The position numbers were made by a program, and so were the translations under genes. From positions 14,138,001-14,202,000 of the forward strand of contig CM052818.1 of the NCBI GenBank assembly GCA_028534125.1: DNA of 64,000 bases, given 5' to 3'. The notes beneath the pieces are model-generated. The model had not been told where the DNA came from, made no database searches, and was given only the letters and a program-made list of their open reading frames with translations. Source of the stretch: Lama glama. Taxonomy: Eukaryota. Position 1 is the stretch's first letter, and each line of letters starts with the position of its first letter. Shown piece after piece: positions 27,428-42,119 of this stretch.

Positions 27428-30232
27428 AGAAAAGCCCAGGATTAGATTGGCTTTCACTGGTAAATTCTACCAAACATTTGAAGAAGAATTAACACCAATC
27501 CTTCTCACACTCTTTCAAAAAATTGAAGAGAAGGGAACAGTCCCAAGCTCATTTTACAAGGCCACATGATCCTGATACCACAACCAGGAAAGTACACTAC
27601 TAGAAAAGAAAATTATGGGACAATATCTCTGATGAATACAGATGTAAAAACTCTCAATAAAATACAAGCAAACCAAATTCAGTAGCACATTAAAAGAATC
27701 ATTCACCATGAGCAAGGGGGATTTATCCTGAGGATGCAAGGATGGTTCAACATATGTAAAACAATCAATGTGATACATCACATTAATAGAATGAAAGAAA
27801 AGAAATATATGACAACCTCAACAAACATGGAAAAAGCATTTGACAAAACTCAACATTCATTCACGATAAAAACTCTTTTAACAAATTAGGAGTAGAAGGA
27901 ACATATCTCAACAAAATAAAGGCTTTATAGGACAAGCCCATAGCTAATATCATACTTAATGGTGAAAAGTTGGAAGTTTTTCTCTAAATCAGGAACAAGA
28001 CAAGGATGCCACTCTCACCACTCCTATTCAACACAGTACTGGAAGTTCTAGCTAGAGCAATCAGGTAAGAAAAATAAAAGTATCAGCTCTGGAAAGGAAG
28101 AAGTAAAATTGTCTCCATTTTCAACTGACATGATTTTAAATACAGAAAATCCTAACAATGATCAAAAACCTTTTAAATCTAATCTATGAATTCAGTAAAG
28201 CTGCACAGTACAGTTTCATGATACAAATTAACAATGTTCCCATACACTAATAACAAATTTTCAGAAAAAGAGATAAAGAAGTCAACTACATTTATAATAG
28301 CATCAGAAACAAAAATACTTTGGAGTAAATTTAACTAAGGAGGTGAAAAATCTCTACTCTGCAAACTACAAGACACTAATAAAAGAAATTGAAGAAGATC
28401 CAAATAAATGGAAAGGTATCCTTTGTTCATGCATTAGAAGAATTAACACTGTTAAACTGTCAATAGTACAAAAGCCATCTATAGATTTAATGCAATCCCT
28501 ATCAAGATTCTAGTGGCATTTTTTTTAACAGTAGAAAAAACACTCCTAAAATTAATATGGAACCACGAAAGAATCTTAATAGTCAAAGAAATGTTGATAA
28601 AGAAGAATAAAGCAGGAGGCATCACATTTCCTGATTTCAAGCTACACTATGAAGCTATAGTCATCCAAACAGAATAGTACCAGCATAAATGACAAATAGG
28701 CCAAAGGAACAGAATCAAGAGCCCATATTTAAATCCAAGCGTATATATGTAAACTAATATTTGATAAGGGAGCCAAGAATACTCAATGAAGAAAGGACAG
28801 TCTCTTCAATAAATGGTGCTAGAATAACTGGATACTCACATGTAAAAGAATGAAACCAGACCCATATCTTACACTGCTCACAAAAATTAACTTGAACTGG
28901 ATTATAGATGTTTAAATGTAAGACCTGAAACCATGCAACTCCTATAAGAAGGAACAAAGCTCTCTGACATGAGTCTTGGTAATGATTTTTTGGATACAAC
29001 ACCTAAAGTACAAGCAACAAAATAAAAAACAAACAAGCAGGACTACATGAAACTAAAAAACTTTTGCACAGCAAAAGAAATCATCAACAAAGTGAAGGGA
29101 CAATCTAGGGAATGGGAAAAATATTTGCAAACCATGTATCTGATAAGGGGTTAATATTCAACATATATTTAGAAATGTATACAATTCAAAAAACTAAATA
29201 ACCCAATTAAAAGGTGGGCAAAGGACCTGACTAGACATTTTTCCAAAGAACATATATGAAAGGTCTATAGCTACATTAAAAGATGCTTAACATCACTAGT
29301 TACCCAGGAGGTACAAATTAAAACTACAATGAGGCATCACCTCACACCCATTAGAATGGCCATCATGAAAAAGACAAGAAAGAATGAATGCTGGCACAGA
29401 TGTGAAGCAAGGGAGCCCTTGTGCACTACTGGTGAGACTGTAAATTGGTAGAGTCACTATGGAAAACAGTATGGAGGAGACTCAAAAAACTAAAAATAGA
29501 ACTACCTTATGATTCATCAATTACACTTCTGGAATATATCCAAAGAAAATGAAAAAGACTAACTCGAAAAGGTATCTGTACCTCTATATGCATAGTAGCA
29601 CTATTTACAATAGCCAAGACATGGAAACAACCTAAGTGCCCATCAGTGAATGAATGAACAAAGAAGTTGTGTGTGTATACACATATACATACACACATGG
29701 AGTATTATTCAGTCATAAAAAACGAGGAAATTCTATCATTTGTGACAACATGGATGGACCATGAAGGCACTACGGTAAGTGAGATAAGTCAGATAGAGAA
29801 GGACATATACTATACGATCTCACTTATTTGTGGAATCTTCAAACAAATAACCAAACTAAACTCAGAAAAAGAGATCACACTCTTTCTATGGCTACCAGAG
29901 GCAGAAGGTGGGGGCAGGGAGAATTGAATGAAGGTGGTCAAAAGATACAAACTCCTGGTTGAGATAATTAAGTACTAGGGATATAATGTACAATATGATG
30001 ACTACAGCTAACAGTGCTGTATGATACACATGAAAGTTGTTAAGAATAAACTGTAAGAGTTGTCATCACAAGAACATTTTTCCCTTTTTTAAAAAAAATG
30101 TATATATATGAGAAGATGAATGTTAGCTGAATCTTGTGCAGTAATCATTTCACAATATATGTAAATTGAATCATCATGCTGTATGCCTTAAACTTACAGT
30201 GATATGTGTCAATTACTTAATAAAACTGGGGG
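27428..30232 (+). mobile_element. 5'-truncated, degenerate LINE-1 (RT/C-terminal part of ORF2 plus 3' UTR), antisense to EML6
   Basis: ORF2-like text (ttcactggtaaattctaccaaacattt, ggatgcaaggatggttcaacata, aggaacaagacaaggatgccactctcaccactcctattcaaca) with frameshifts and stops, then a 3' UTR ending aataaaactggg. Confidence 0.93.
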
Positions 30233-32009
30233 TAAAGACAAACAGAAACCCCCAATACATATTTAATATTGGATGAGAGGGAAATGAAAAAAAAGTGTAT
30301 TCTAAATATTTCCCCTTACAAACAACTGGACCTTGTAAATGTCATTTAGAAAAAAAATAAACACAATTACAGAGGAAGAAATTTTAAAATGATTTTCTAA
30401 CTGCATTAGGGACCACCCCTCTCTGAAAAACAAATAATATTTAATAAGACATAAAACTTAATTGATAAAAATGTATAAAAAGCATGATTTCTTAAAACTT
30501 TTTAGAAGATGGTTGTGTACATGTTATATAGCCAGGTAAGACAGCTGAATATCTAGACGAAATATTTCTGATAAAGTGATGACTAAAGCCATAAATATCA
30601 TGATTTCGACAGTTGTCCATAATTCATAAGTAAACTACATTAAACTGGTGCTAAGACAATACAGCTTTAGTGTTAAACGCTAACTTTCCAACTTTACACT
30701 TTTTTTTTTTAAGGGAGAGATGACCTTTCCAGTCTGAGATAAACAAGACAGTTTAGCAGCAAGCCCAAAAACTTTCTGAGGAAAGAAAAAAATTATGTTT
30801 TAACTCAATTTGGGATTTGGATTTGCGACCATTAAGTTATGCAGCTTCTGAGGCTGGGGTAGGGGAGGTTTGAACCTCTCCTTTTAGTAAAAGGTGGAAA
30901 ATGCTGTAATAAGCAAAATGATATTATAAAGATGGTGTAGAAACAGACAGGGTTAAGTCCCACATCCTTTTATTCAACCCTGGACAGAGAACCAGAAGCT
31001 GCAAGCCTCAGCATTTGTTAAGAAAGGACCTTGAAAAAATACAGACTGCTGACTCAGATGCACTGAGAAAACAATCCCTAAGATAACTATTACACCCACT
31101 TAGAAAAATAAAAGTTGGTGAGCACTTTACATGCCTATTTCCATAAAAATAGTTCAATCTGTATTTATTTTGTATCTTTCATCATAAAGTGTCGTTGCGG
31201 TCTGAATGCAGGTTCCAACGGAATAAATTAAATAAAAAATACCCATTATCACTATTCCCCATGGAAATGGGTAATCTAAGCAGTTAGGTGAGGAGGAGAT
31301 GGGAACATGACCCCATCAGGCACAACTAGGAAGACTAATGGCTGGTCATCATATCTGGATTTTAATAAAAGACCATATCCCACACTGGGAGATATTATTA
31401 GATCCTATCTAGAAAAGAAAATGTCTTTGTAATTCACCTCTGTGGTGATTATGCAGTTACCACAGGATGCAAAACTGGGGCTGCATGATACTTTGATCTA
31501 TACAAAAACTGGATATTGGTACCAAATATTTCTATAATTTTAGTTTCTAATTTCTGGGGTTTTTTGTCTTAATGTGAACATAAAAATCTCTGGAGATGGG
31601 CCAACATCTCCATTAATTTTAAAGATTTAAACATTATTTTTAAAGATATTGGGGAATATCAAAATGTAATGTGACTAAAATATTGATTTTTAAAAGTTGT
31701 TCATTCTCAGAGTACTAATGAGTTGATTCTTGTGGCACCCCCAGACAGTGGTGTAAAATCCATGGCTCATTAAAACTGTTCCACTTAACCTGGGTCAAGT
31801 TTTAAGTGTCTCCAATAATTCTTAGTGTTGATTTGGTTGTATTTACTGGCATCTTTGATTGTATCTATACAGTTACAACATTTGGTAGAAAGTATCTGTG
31901 CATATTCAAAGGCATTTATAAAGGATAGTAATTACTGTTCAATATTAAAATGGCCTGAAATTCTTTTCTATGATAATAACACCAATTTCTGTTAGAAAAA
32001 AATTAAAGG

Positions 32010-32501
32010 AGAATGAGCTGGACATTTTCCATGCACCCCTCTGTATCTACCTCCACCCTTCTCCTCTGCTCTGTGCCCTCCAGGGCTGGTCACAATGCAC
32101 CACATCAATGGACTGCCTTGCCCTTCAGCTTCTGACTGGATTCAGCGAAAGAGAGGCACCAGCAGTGGGTAATAGGAGAATGCAGTTGGGGCATGCATTC
32201 CCTCAATACCCCCTTGCTGGGACTCAGGTTGGTTACCTTCTACCCTGTCCCTCAGGTCTCAGCTCCTGGAAGGTGGCCTGCTCCTACAGCGACCTTCTCC
32301 ACACCTAGCAACAGCATCCTCCCCTTCAGGTCCAGGGATAGCAACGGCTTCCAGCCATTACAATTCCCAAGGTGCTGCCCCACTCCTGCTGCTTCTCTTC
32401 ATCCTGCCCACACCTTTATTAACAGCCCCTTCAGTAAGCTCTTCCCCAGTTACTTCCTTTTCAGAGTCTCTCCCTTTCTTGCTGGGACCACAACTGACAC
32501 A
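32010..32501. mobile_element. LTR33-like (ERVL) solo LTR
   Basis: ccacccttctcctctgctctgtgccc...acatcaatggactgccttgcccttcagcttctg...cacacctttattaacagccccttc; similar to the copy at 58925-59440. Confidence 0.6.
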
Positions 32502-33399
32502 GTGAGTTTAGGTTTAGGCCAAGCTTGAAAGACTTAGGTTATTCCTTTCACTGTCTACCAATTTTATGAAATTCTATCCAAGATACTAGGTGTCCTATAT
32601 TTTTATATCATTTGAAGTCAATTTTAGGGAGCTTAAGCCAAGAATCAAAACCAGAAGAGAGAGAGAGAGATCTCTGAAGTTTTAGACAAGACTATCCAAC
32701 ATAATTTTTAGAAATACAATATATAACATCATGCATCAAACACAGGAAAAAATTCCTATTATAACAGAGAAAATGGGTTATATTTAAAATATCAACATAA
32801 CCTCATGACCTTAAGAGTAATTTTTTTCTACTTTAGGTCTACACTAATTTAAGCAATCTCAAGTAGTTATAGGCAACAAATGAATGTGAACTCAATAGAG
32901 ACCAGATTCTCTGCTTGGGACAGGAAAACCAAAGATGAGTGTGGGACCTCGTGTCGAAAAACAAGGGCAATTTCAGAAGTACACAGTGGTATTGTAAAAA
33001 GCCACATACACCAACCCAAATAAAGGTCTGCTACAAACCAAACAGTGATAATTTAAACATGAAGTGAAGGCAACAACAGCACGCCATTTGTTTTGAATGT
33101 AAAAAAAGTTGTATTATTACTGCAGGAGAAAAATAATACAGATTATGCTCTAAAAAAGGAATGTATACCAATAGTAATCAAACAACTGGTGCTCATTTTA
33201 AATCAAAAGTGAGGTTAGAAAGAGTGAAAAATGACTTGATTTTTAAAAATAAAATACTAATATGGCTATAAATGATACACTTTTCCCTCCTTAAAAATTC
33301 AAGCAGTTATCAGTCTGAGACACAAAATATATTTTTTCTAAGTTGATGCTATGAAATGCCAAATCTCAGGCCAGAGAATACATGATTTAAACAATGGAA

Positions 33400-34650
33400 T
33401 TTAGATTGACCTGAAACTTGGGTCTCTAAAAGTTGACCTTCCCCTCCCCATTTCAGAGCTGTGTGCACTGCTCATGGTCACGTGGGGAGCAGCCAACCAC
33501 AGAGCCAGGGCATCTGGAAGAGTCCAGGAGTTCTTGGGGTGGGGGCAGGAAGATACAAATTCTCCCAAGAGCATAGCAAAGTTTCCCACACCTACAATAG
33601 TCCTTACTCCACAGGGCACTGCCTGCATCCCAGTAGGAATTTGGGAGACTTGAGAAGCTAGTTCTTTAAGGGGATATTATATTATCTCCTACTTTACATT
33701 TTCACTTCCATTATGTGTCTATATCTTTTGTCATAAACAAAACCTTTACATCCTCTGACTATTGGTATCTTCCAACTTTCATACACTGTCCAGTTATGCA
33801 AAACACGCACAGAGCGAGGGCAGAAATCCTTGACTGTCATGTCCAACTCAAGATGATATGGGCATGGACCAGTGAGCACTGTATATTGCACCTCATTCTC
33901 CCTCCTTTCAAGTGGTCGTTTAAAACAACTATCCTCACGCTTTCCTCTCTTCACTGTCTATTCAACAGGTTATGCTGACTGACATTATCGGGAGCCACAG
34001 AACTATGAGGAGCTTTATCTGGACCTGGATGAGAAGACATCACACAATGTCCCACGATCCTGGATATGGGGTTGGATGCAGTAACTGGTTAAGACTCTGG
34101 GATCTCTCTCTTTGGGAAGGGGATAACAACATTTTCAATCATACGTGGGATAGTTTAAACTGGGGCATCCTAAGAGTGTCTATATGACAAGAAAAGGGTG
34201 GCGTGTAGTAGACATTCATTGTTTTGGGTCCATCCAGAAATCAATCTCTTTAATTTGGTTAAGAGCCCTGGAGTTTTACTTCTGGTGGAGGGATTACACT
34301 GCTAGTCTATGCGTGGCATGTGACTACTTCAGAATCATCAAAGGTTCATATTTCCCAGCACATCATAAGATACCTGTGAGGACTTTCACTCACAGAGACT
34401 ATACAGTCTAGGTACTGCTGTCATTTTTCTACTTGAAGAACTGCAATAACCTAGAGGAAGCAGAACTGGGATATGGAGAGAGAACAGAGTCGAGTCCTGG
34501 TAGCAAGATTTGAGCCGTGCCCCACCCCCACCAATCAAGTGACACCTGAAGACATCCTATCCCTGGATTTTCAGGTATGAAAGCCAGTCGTTTCCTTTTG
34601 CTTAAGCCAGTTTGGGATGGGTGACGCCCTTGAGACTAAAATCCCTTAAC
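33400..34650 (+). mobile_element. MaLR (MLT1-type) internal fragment plus LTR remnant
   Basis: acctggatgagaag...ggatgcagtaactggttaagactctgggatctctctctttggg resembles MLT1-int; ttttgcttaagccagtttggg is typical of an MLT1 LTR end. Confidence 0.5.
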
Positions 34651-37600
34651 TCAAGAAACAATATATAAACAAGGTATGAACTTGTTAATGTGTTGAAAAA
34701 AACATAATTTTCCAGGCAACTCTAGTAACTGGTACTGAGAAAACGTTAGGGGTTTAATCTCCCGGCAAGTTTGGGAGAACTGTTTTTACCGAAGTCAGAG
34801 GACAGGATTTTTGCACCATCCCTTGAGTTATGATAACAGTAAGCATTTTGAACTTTAAATTGCTCTGGAAAACTAAGCTTTCTTGCCTCCTATTTTTAAA
34901 AACTTTCTCAAGAGAAGCTTCCTGACATTTAAACACTTCTTAAGTAATAAATTAAAGTTTGCAGATAGACAAAACAGCTACTCCATTGTAAGGAAACATG
35001 TAAACTAGGAGATGAGGTCAAAAGTTGAGAGCAAGGAGGTGCATCAGGCTGGAGCTGGGAACTTGAGAGGCAGGGCAGGTTTGGAAAGGTTGCTCTAGGC
35101 TAGAATTCGACGGACTAGCTGGAGACCAAGGAGCGTGCTTTGAGCGCTAGATAAGGTCTGGGAGCACGGACTCCTGACATTGGAAAAGACTTTTTGACTT
35201 TCCTCAGCCATGTGCCACATATGGCTGAGCAGCAGAACTACCCAAGGGTTCACCCAAGGCTGGGGACTGGCTGGATGAGAGGCAAGGCAGCCCAGTGTGC
35301 TAGAGCAAAGCTGACGTGGGTGACCAGGACGCTTGATCAATACCGGGAAGAGAGCACATACTGGTAGGGGTAGCCCAGCGTTCTTCTGGCAGCAACAACA
35401 CATTTCTTTCCACTTTCCCACCTCTCAAAAGACTGGAACTAAAGGTCATATGGCTTCTGAAGAATAGGAACTCATAATGTGTTAAAAATTGTTCTAAGAA
35501 GCACAATCCACAGCCTCCCCGCTACTTAAAAATCACACCGAGTCCAATCAGAAATAATTTATGACTATCTTAAAGTTTAGGAATTAGGAATTCAGTTGCT
35601 TAAAATTGATGCATAATATACAGCTGCCATCAAGGCACTGTTCTCACTATGACAGACACCACACTCATCTCAGGGGTTCTAAGGTGGAAAGGATTTAAAC
35701 CAGAAGAACTGCCTGGAATACTGGTAGGAGGCAAAACAGGCCCCTGCACTGAGCAGGTGTTCCAAGCTCCTATCTCTGGAGGTCCTCAGGAATTTGTCTC
35801 CCGTTAGTCTTACATGAATAGACACAGGTGTTTAGAACACGCACCCAGGTACGAGCAGGTATCTGCACATACACACAGGACAGAACAATGAAGGGAAGGT
35901 AAAGGAGTCTCTGCCTCTTCAATTAGCAGGGCATGAAGTAGTTAAAGGGAGCGGTGCCAGGGCTGACAGTCCCAAATATTCCCAGGGAGAACCTGGGTGC
36001 TGCCTGGCCCCCTGCGCCTGACGCCTGAGGCCTCAAGCATTTGCTTCTCTGACGCCTGGGATGCTGGGGTCCGTGGAGCCCCTTTTGCACCCCAGGTGAG
36101 GACTCAGGTGAGCTGCCTGCCTGACTTATTGTTAGCAAAGAGTCCCCCCTACCCCAAAGGCTTGGTCCTGCCCCACATTCCCCCTCTCATCATGCTCTCA
36201 CAAATCCTCTGAATGCCCGCCGTGCCTGGCACCCCTTTCTTCTGCAGTTCATAAGCTGCCTATCTCTGAGGTTCAAAGTCTCCTAGAATTAATGATAAGG
36301 ATTGGAGGAGACTTGATTGTCAGTTCTGATTAGGAGGTGACCTACCCCCATGGAGGCAGCTAACTCAGACACCACTTCCTGCTCCTTCCCTCGCCTCTTC
36401 CTGGTGTAGTCCTGCTTTGCTCCCAGCATGCTGTGCAGCTGGCAGCCCTCTCTTTGGTTACAGCCCCCTCTGGGAACTGATGCTGTCAAGGCTTTTTTAA
36501 GTTATCAAGCATGTTGCTATTATAGAAAAGGCTTGTCTATTCCTCTGGACCCTGTATTTATATCTTAAAATTGTTTTCTTCACTACACGTTTTCTTCACT
36601 ACACCCTGGTGTGAATTAGTTTCTTAAATGCCAGTAAAATATTGAAATGCCTACCCCAGTGTCTCACAACACTATGAAGCTTTTTTTTTTTCATATTTAA
36701 AAAGTCAATCCTGTTTATGCTAGTGTATGACAAATTTCCAATCTGGCATGATGGAAAAAAATGAGGTAGCTTCAAAATTCTGAAGTTTAAGACTGAAAAT
36801 TTTAGGGTCCTCTCTACTGTCACCTTTCTTACCTCCTGCTAAATTGGGCAGGTATGAAATTTTTAAAGATCCATCCAAAGAGACAATAAGACCAAGAGAG
36901 GTTCAGAGAAAGCAGCTGCAGTGTTTGGGATTAGGAATTTGATTAGATGTCTGTATCTTAGTGGCCAGTGTAAATCTCAGCAGAATGAAGCACTGGGTTG
37001 TAGAAATTAGCCAGAAGCAGCCTTGGAATAATAGTCAAGTTGATTCATTTCACAACGTTATGTGAAATTGGAAAGGCTGGGTCATTTTTTTTTCAAAAGA
37101 ATGTTTAATTTAGGCCAAATGTTTTTTAGGGTGGATTATTTAAGTGGAAGGCTTATTCATACATTTATATGCATACGGCTTTTTTTCTTTCTCCTTAGAT
37201 TTATATCCTTTAAAAATATTTCCTCTTTGCAGCCACTAAAAAAAAATGTTAGAAGCAAAATAAACCATAATGACTACTTCAGAAAAATCTCTAATTTTGT
37301 TTTAATCAAAAGACAACTCTGAACCCTGAGAGTAACATTTAACAAAGAGGCTAGGAAAGAATTAGGGTTTTTTTGTATCAATTCAATCTTCTTGCCTGTA
37401 GCACATCCACCATTTATCAGGCTTATTTTAACATCTGGTTCTGAACTGAAGCAGGAGAGGGAAATGACATTTCTTTGTATCTAAATTTTCACCTAATAGT
37501 AAAAGGTGATAGATTAGATCTATTAAATATTTATTACTAAGCATAAAGCCATGCTGAATGCAAAAAAGCCAACTTGAACCCCATTAATTATATATCATGA

Positions 37601-38389
37601 GATCAGGGTACTTGTGAACACTGAACTCATGTCAATATGAAGAGCCCACAGATAATTCTTAAACGTCTTTGAGATCCATGAAGCTCTCTTTAGATATTAG
37701 TGTTTTTACTCAATATTTTCCACTTTAGTATGAGTATGGTAAATTAAAGCATTGTTGTAATTATGAATTTTTTTTTTTTTAGAAATGCTAGTGTTTTCTC
37801 TTATCAATACTTACAATAGCACATCAAAAAGGCCCAAAATACTACTAGAAACCCTCCTTCTACACAGAGGATCACGGCAACAAAATCAAACTGGTTAAGC
37901 CTGGAATCGCCAAACACTCCTGAACAAAGCTGGGCAGGTGAAGACACAGTAGAAGGCACAGCAAGGGATGCAGCCTGGTGCGCAGACTACTGTCAGGATG
38001 GAAGACTATTTTTCACAACCCACAGATGTTCCTCCGAGACCTCAGAAGCCTGCCTTTCCTCCCATCTCTGGAGTCAGCACGCTCTCCTGTCTGCCATCAC
38101 GCTCAGGACGGTTCTGGGCTTTCCTCACACCCTCTCTAGTCTAACCAAGTCTCATGTCTATTGGAGGCATTTTCCACACACGACTTCTGCAAAGTGCAGC
38201 CCACCCTTTTCTCACAATGGCTGTGGACCATCTCCTCCAGCTTAAGCCTGTGTGCTGGTTAAGACTGTGCATATACGTAAAAGACTAGCTTGAGAAGCAC
38301 CTTTTAGGGCAAAGGAAAATTCACTGTGGTTTCAACAAGTTTCTTGTCGTTAAGTTTAATAAATGCAAACAAACCCGGCACCACCATAC

Positions 38390-38516
38390 CTTTCTTCCAC
38401 TGAAACTTCCTTCATCTGCTGGTGTGGTTTGGTGCCTTCCATTTCCCTGATGCTCACAGCGTAGATCTTGGTGGTATAATCAATGGCCTTTTCTCTCGCA
38501 ACGTCGCTGTCATAGC
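38390..38516 (-). CDS. EML6: EML6 coding exon (127 nt, phase 1-2); inter-TAPE linker
   Basis: tttgag|GC...AAAG|gtatgg; (G)[41 protein letters not shown](R). Confidence 0.92.
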
Positions 38517-38619
38517 CTCAAATGACAGAGACACACGGGAAGAGGGCAGAGTTGGTTTGCGGCGGCACAGGATGGGGCGGGGAGGGAGGCGCGCTTGGCA
38601 CGTGACCGCTGAGGCTCAC

Positions 38620-38821
38620 CTCCGTCCTCCTCCGCGTCGGTGTCCGACTCCTCACTGTCCACCAGCTTGCTCTCCTGGGTTCCCACAAATTCCCTGGTCC
38701 AGATCATCAAGGCCGTGTCGGCGCCGCCCACTGTGAGCAGCACCGAGTCGTTGTGCAGCCATCGCACGTTGGTGACATGGGCGCTGTGGCCCACGTACTT
38801 CTTGAATCTTGCGTGCTGGCC
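38620..38821 (-). CDS. EML6: EML6 coding exon (202 nt, phase 0-1); end of the second TAPE unit plus acidic linker
   Basis: ccgcag|GGC...GGAG|gtgagc; [67 protein letters not shown]. Confidence 0.94.
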
Positions 38822-41501
38822 CTGCGGAGCCAGAAACTGGGGATGACCCCACCCGGAACCTCATCCTTCCTTCTTCTGGACTGTTCCATCCAGGTTATTC
38901 TCTAGCGTGGCTTCTACTGGATATACGTTTCCCCCAAGCTGTCATTTCCCCACATTTTTCTAGGATGTAACCTCCACGAGGGCAGGGACTCGATTTCTTG
39001 CTTCCTTGAAACATTTCCTGCCTCATCATGGGTCCTCAATAAACAGTTTTTGAGGGAAGGAATAAACTACAGAAACTATTTCTGGAAGCTGAAAAAGTTA
39101 GCTTAAGAAAGTATAAAAAGCTTGTTTCTGTTTCTCTCGAATATCAAATATGTATTCTCCTCAGGTCTCCAGTGTGAACTCCTGATTGTGAGTCAGGCTG
39201 ACATTTGAGATCAGGAGTGTCTTTCCAGTCACCCCTCACAGCCCAGCTGGGACAGAAGAGCCAGGGACTTCTTTTTTACAATCCTGGGGCCTCAAGTAAG
39301 ATGTAAAACCAATGCCACAGTTTCTGCCATGGACACTGGAAACAATTTCTAATACTAGAAACTTTCAACTGATTTTAAAACAAAGTGAGCTCTAAGAAAA
39401 AGGAAAAAACCACCACAAAACCCCCAAATAAAGAATACAAAATGAAAAATACAATTAATAAACAAGTTGACATGTCACCTTAAAAATAAAACACACACAA
39501 AAACAAAGTAAGGTGTTTTTTATCAAATATAACCAAATAAATAGAACCCAATCTATTAGTAACTACTGAAAGCTCTTCAGAGTGGTGCCCAGGCCACACC
39601 ACGTGCACCCTCAGGTGGAGAAGGATGAGGCTGAGGTGAGACCAGCTGCTCACCCCGGGGCAGTCCTGACAAGCAGTGGGAAGCCCAAGCTGGCACCAGA
39701 AACCAGCTTCCATTTTTGGCTTGTGAGCCACAGCCTGGCAAAAACAGCTCCAGCGGGAGCCACTGAAAGTGGGAGAGATTTTCCATCCTCTCAGCGACTC
39801 CCAGGGAATGCCTTATGCAACGTGGGAAGCTGCATGCACTTTGTGAGGTCGTGCAAGGGCCATTGCTCCCTCCGATGAAAACTTTATTCAATCATTGGCA
39901 AGAGGCTTCCAGAGAGTTTTGGACGGGCATGCTGGGAAACCTGAAGCCAGCGCAGACACATGGCAGGAGACAGGGCAGGAGAGTGTGCGACTTTGAAATA
40001 CTCTTGGTCAAGATCTCTGTGCATTTGGCTGACCCCTACCTGATAGCAGAGTGAAAGTGCCCACCCCTCTGTAGAGCACTGAGTCTAGAAAGATTAGGGA
40101 AGCCAGCAGGCAGGCAGCATTCTTAGGAAGCCCTCCAGAGCCACAATTTGCTAGAGAGTAGGGAGAGCAAAATAATAATTTCCAAAGGAAACCACTGTGT
40201 GACCATGTGAGTTTCTAGCAGGCATGGAAACAAAGATGACCGTCACAGTGGCTACAGCCATGCGTCCTGCTGGTCCTCCTGCTGGAAGCAGGAACCTACC
40301 CATTTGATCCAAGACAAAGGTAAGCTGGTTTCTTGAGAGGAGGAGAAAGTGAAAGAGCATGAGAAACGCCTCCCTGTACTCACACACAGAGACAGGACAG
40401 AAGAATCCAAAAAGAAAGAGACAAAGGAAGAAATGTTCTAAAGTAACCACAATCAGGTTGCAGGGGAAAGAGAGTGACACAGGCAAGAAAGAGGAAAAAA
40501 TTGAGTCACTGAGGCTGTTGAACAAAGCTGAGATTCTTCGAGCAGAGATGATTTAAGATTCTCAGAATAGGAAACAAGATCACTGCTCCAGAGAACAATG
40601 ATGGGAATTCACGGTTACTAGAAGGTTCCAGGAAGCCAGATGCTCCTCCCAGGAGCAGGATGTTTGTTGGTCCCCTTAGGGCCTGTGGAAGGAACCTCTG
40701 GAGACATGGCCCAGCCAGAAAGGTGAGCTGTCTCCCTGGGTCACTGTGCCAGACATCTCTGTATCTCTGTAACACCCATCGGGACTAACTACCACCACCT
40801 TCCTCTTGCACTGGGTCATGAAAGAGTAGACAATCTGGAATACGTCTCCAGCATGCTGGCTGTTAACTGCTTTTAGGTGAGAAATTCCTGAGACTTGGAT
40901 GAAAGCTGTGTACCCTTTTCCCACATTCACAACATTTTACATATTGCTTCTCTGCCTATAAAATTTTACCTATGAGGTTCCTCTTTGAAGAACCATTCTC
41001 TAGAGCTTTGATACTCTGAGAAGGAAACATGACAACTTGAGGGTAGATTTTTAAAATGTACATGACATGGTGGTACTTTAACCTCTCTGATACAGTGTAA
41101 GAGACCAGATTTGGAAAGGAAGGGAGGCTGTGGGAAGCACCAGGTGGCTATACAGATGGTGGCAGAGCATTGGATTTTCTGGGACGTGGCTGAAGGTACT
41201 GGACAGATAGGAGAGTCTATCTTATGGAGGCTGGAGACAATGTGATTATGAGGGGGCTGATGCCCTCATCAAGATTTTATACTGTAAAACTGCATATATA
41301 AGGAATATGTCAGGACAGAAAGATGCCTGCAAGAGACACCTAGTAACTCATAGGAAAGGAGAACAAAGAAGACATGACGTTAGAGTCTAACAATGGAACC
41401 TGAATTTTGGGCAAAGAGAGAGTTGCGTGATTACAGTAAGATCTCCTAGGCAGCACTAAGGCTTGACATGGTACTCAGCACTAGAACACGGCAATGGGAG
41501 G

Positions 41502-41896
41502 GTATCTTAGGCTGGCAGGGTTGCCATAACAAAATACCACATGCTGGGTGGCTTAAATAACAGAAATTTACTTCTCTCAGTTCCGGAGGCTGGGAAGAGG
41601 TGCCAGCCAATTTGGTTCCTGGTGAGGGCTCTCTTCCTGGCTTACAGACCCCCTACAGGAGCACACAGAAAGTGCCTATCTGGCCTCTCCTCAGTGCGTG
41701 CGTGCACGGAAAGAGTGAGCTCTTTGGTGTCTCTTCTTATAAGGACACTAATCCTACTGGAGCAGAGCCCCACCCTTATGACTTCATTTAACCTTAATTA
41801 TTTCTTTAAATGCTCTCTGTACATATCTAGTCACATTGGGTGTTAGGGCTTCACCATATGAATTTTGGTGTGGACACAAACATTCAGTTCATAACA
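41502..41896 (-). mobile_element. MLT1 (A/C-like) solo LTR
   Basis: gttgccataacaaaataccacatgctgggtggcttaaataacagaaattta...tcttataaggacactaatcc...cattcagttcataaca. Confidence 0.85.
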
Positions 41897-42119
41897 GATG
41901 GTGAACTTTGGCCAACACACTCAGCACTGGAAGAGTGGGACTATCCAGCTAGAAATGTTCATCAGCCTGGGTCCCTGAATCTGGGAAGGAAAGAGTGCTG
42001 GAAAAATCAGATTTAAAAGAAAAGGAAGAGAAGTGATACTATCAAGGTGGTTTATACAGACCAGTGGTTTTCAAATGCTTTTAAATTATGAAACTATTTC
42101 TTCCATCAAATCTTACACA

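Noticed and set aside
27428..30232. Active or intact L1
   Set aside because: It is 5'-truncated, and ORF2 is broken by many stops and frameshifts (no long ORF in the track).
33694..34411. Processed pseudogene or domesticated retroviral ORF
   Set aside because: The peptides are not recognisable, and the DNA resembles degenerate MaLR internal sequence.
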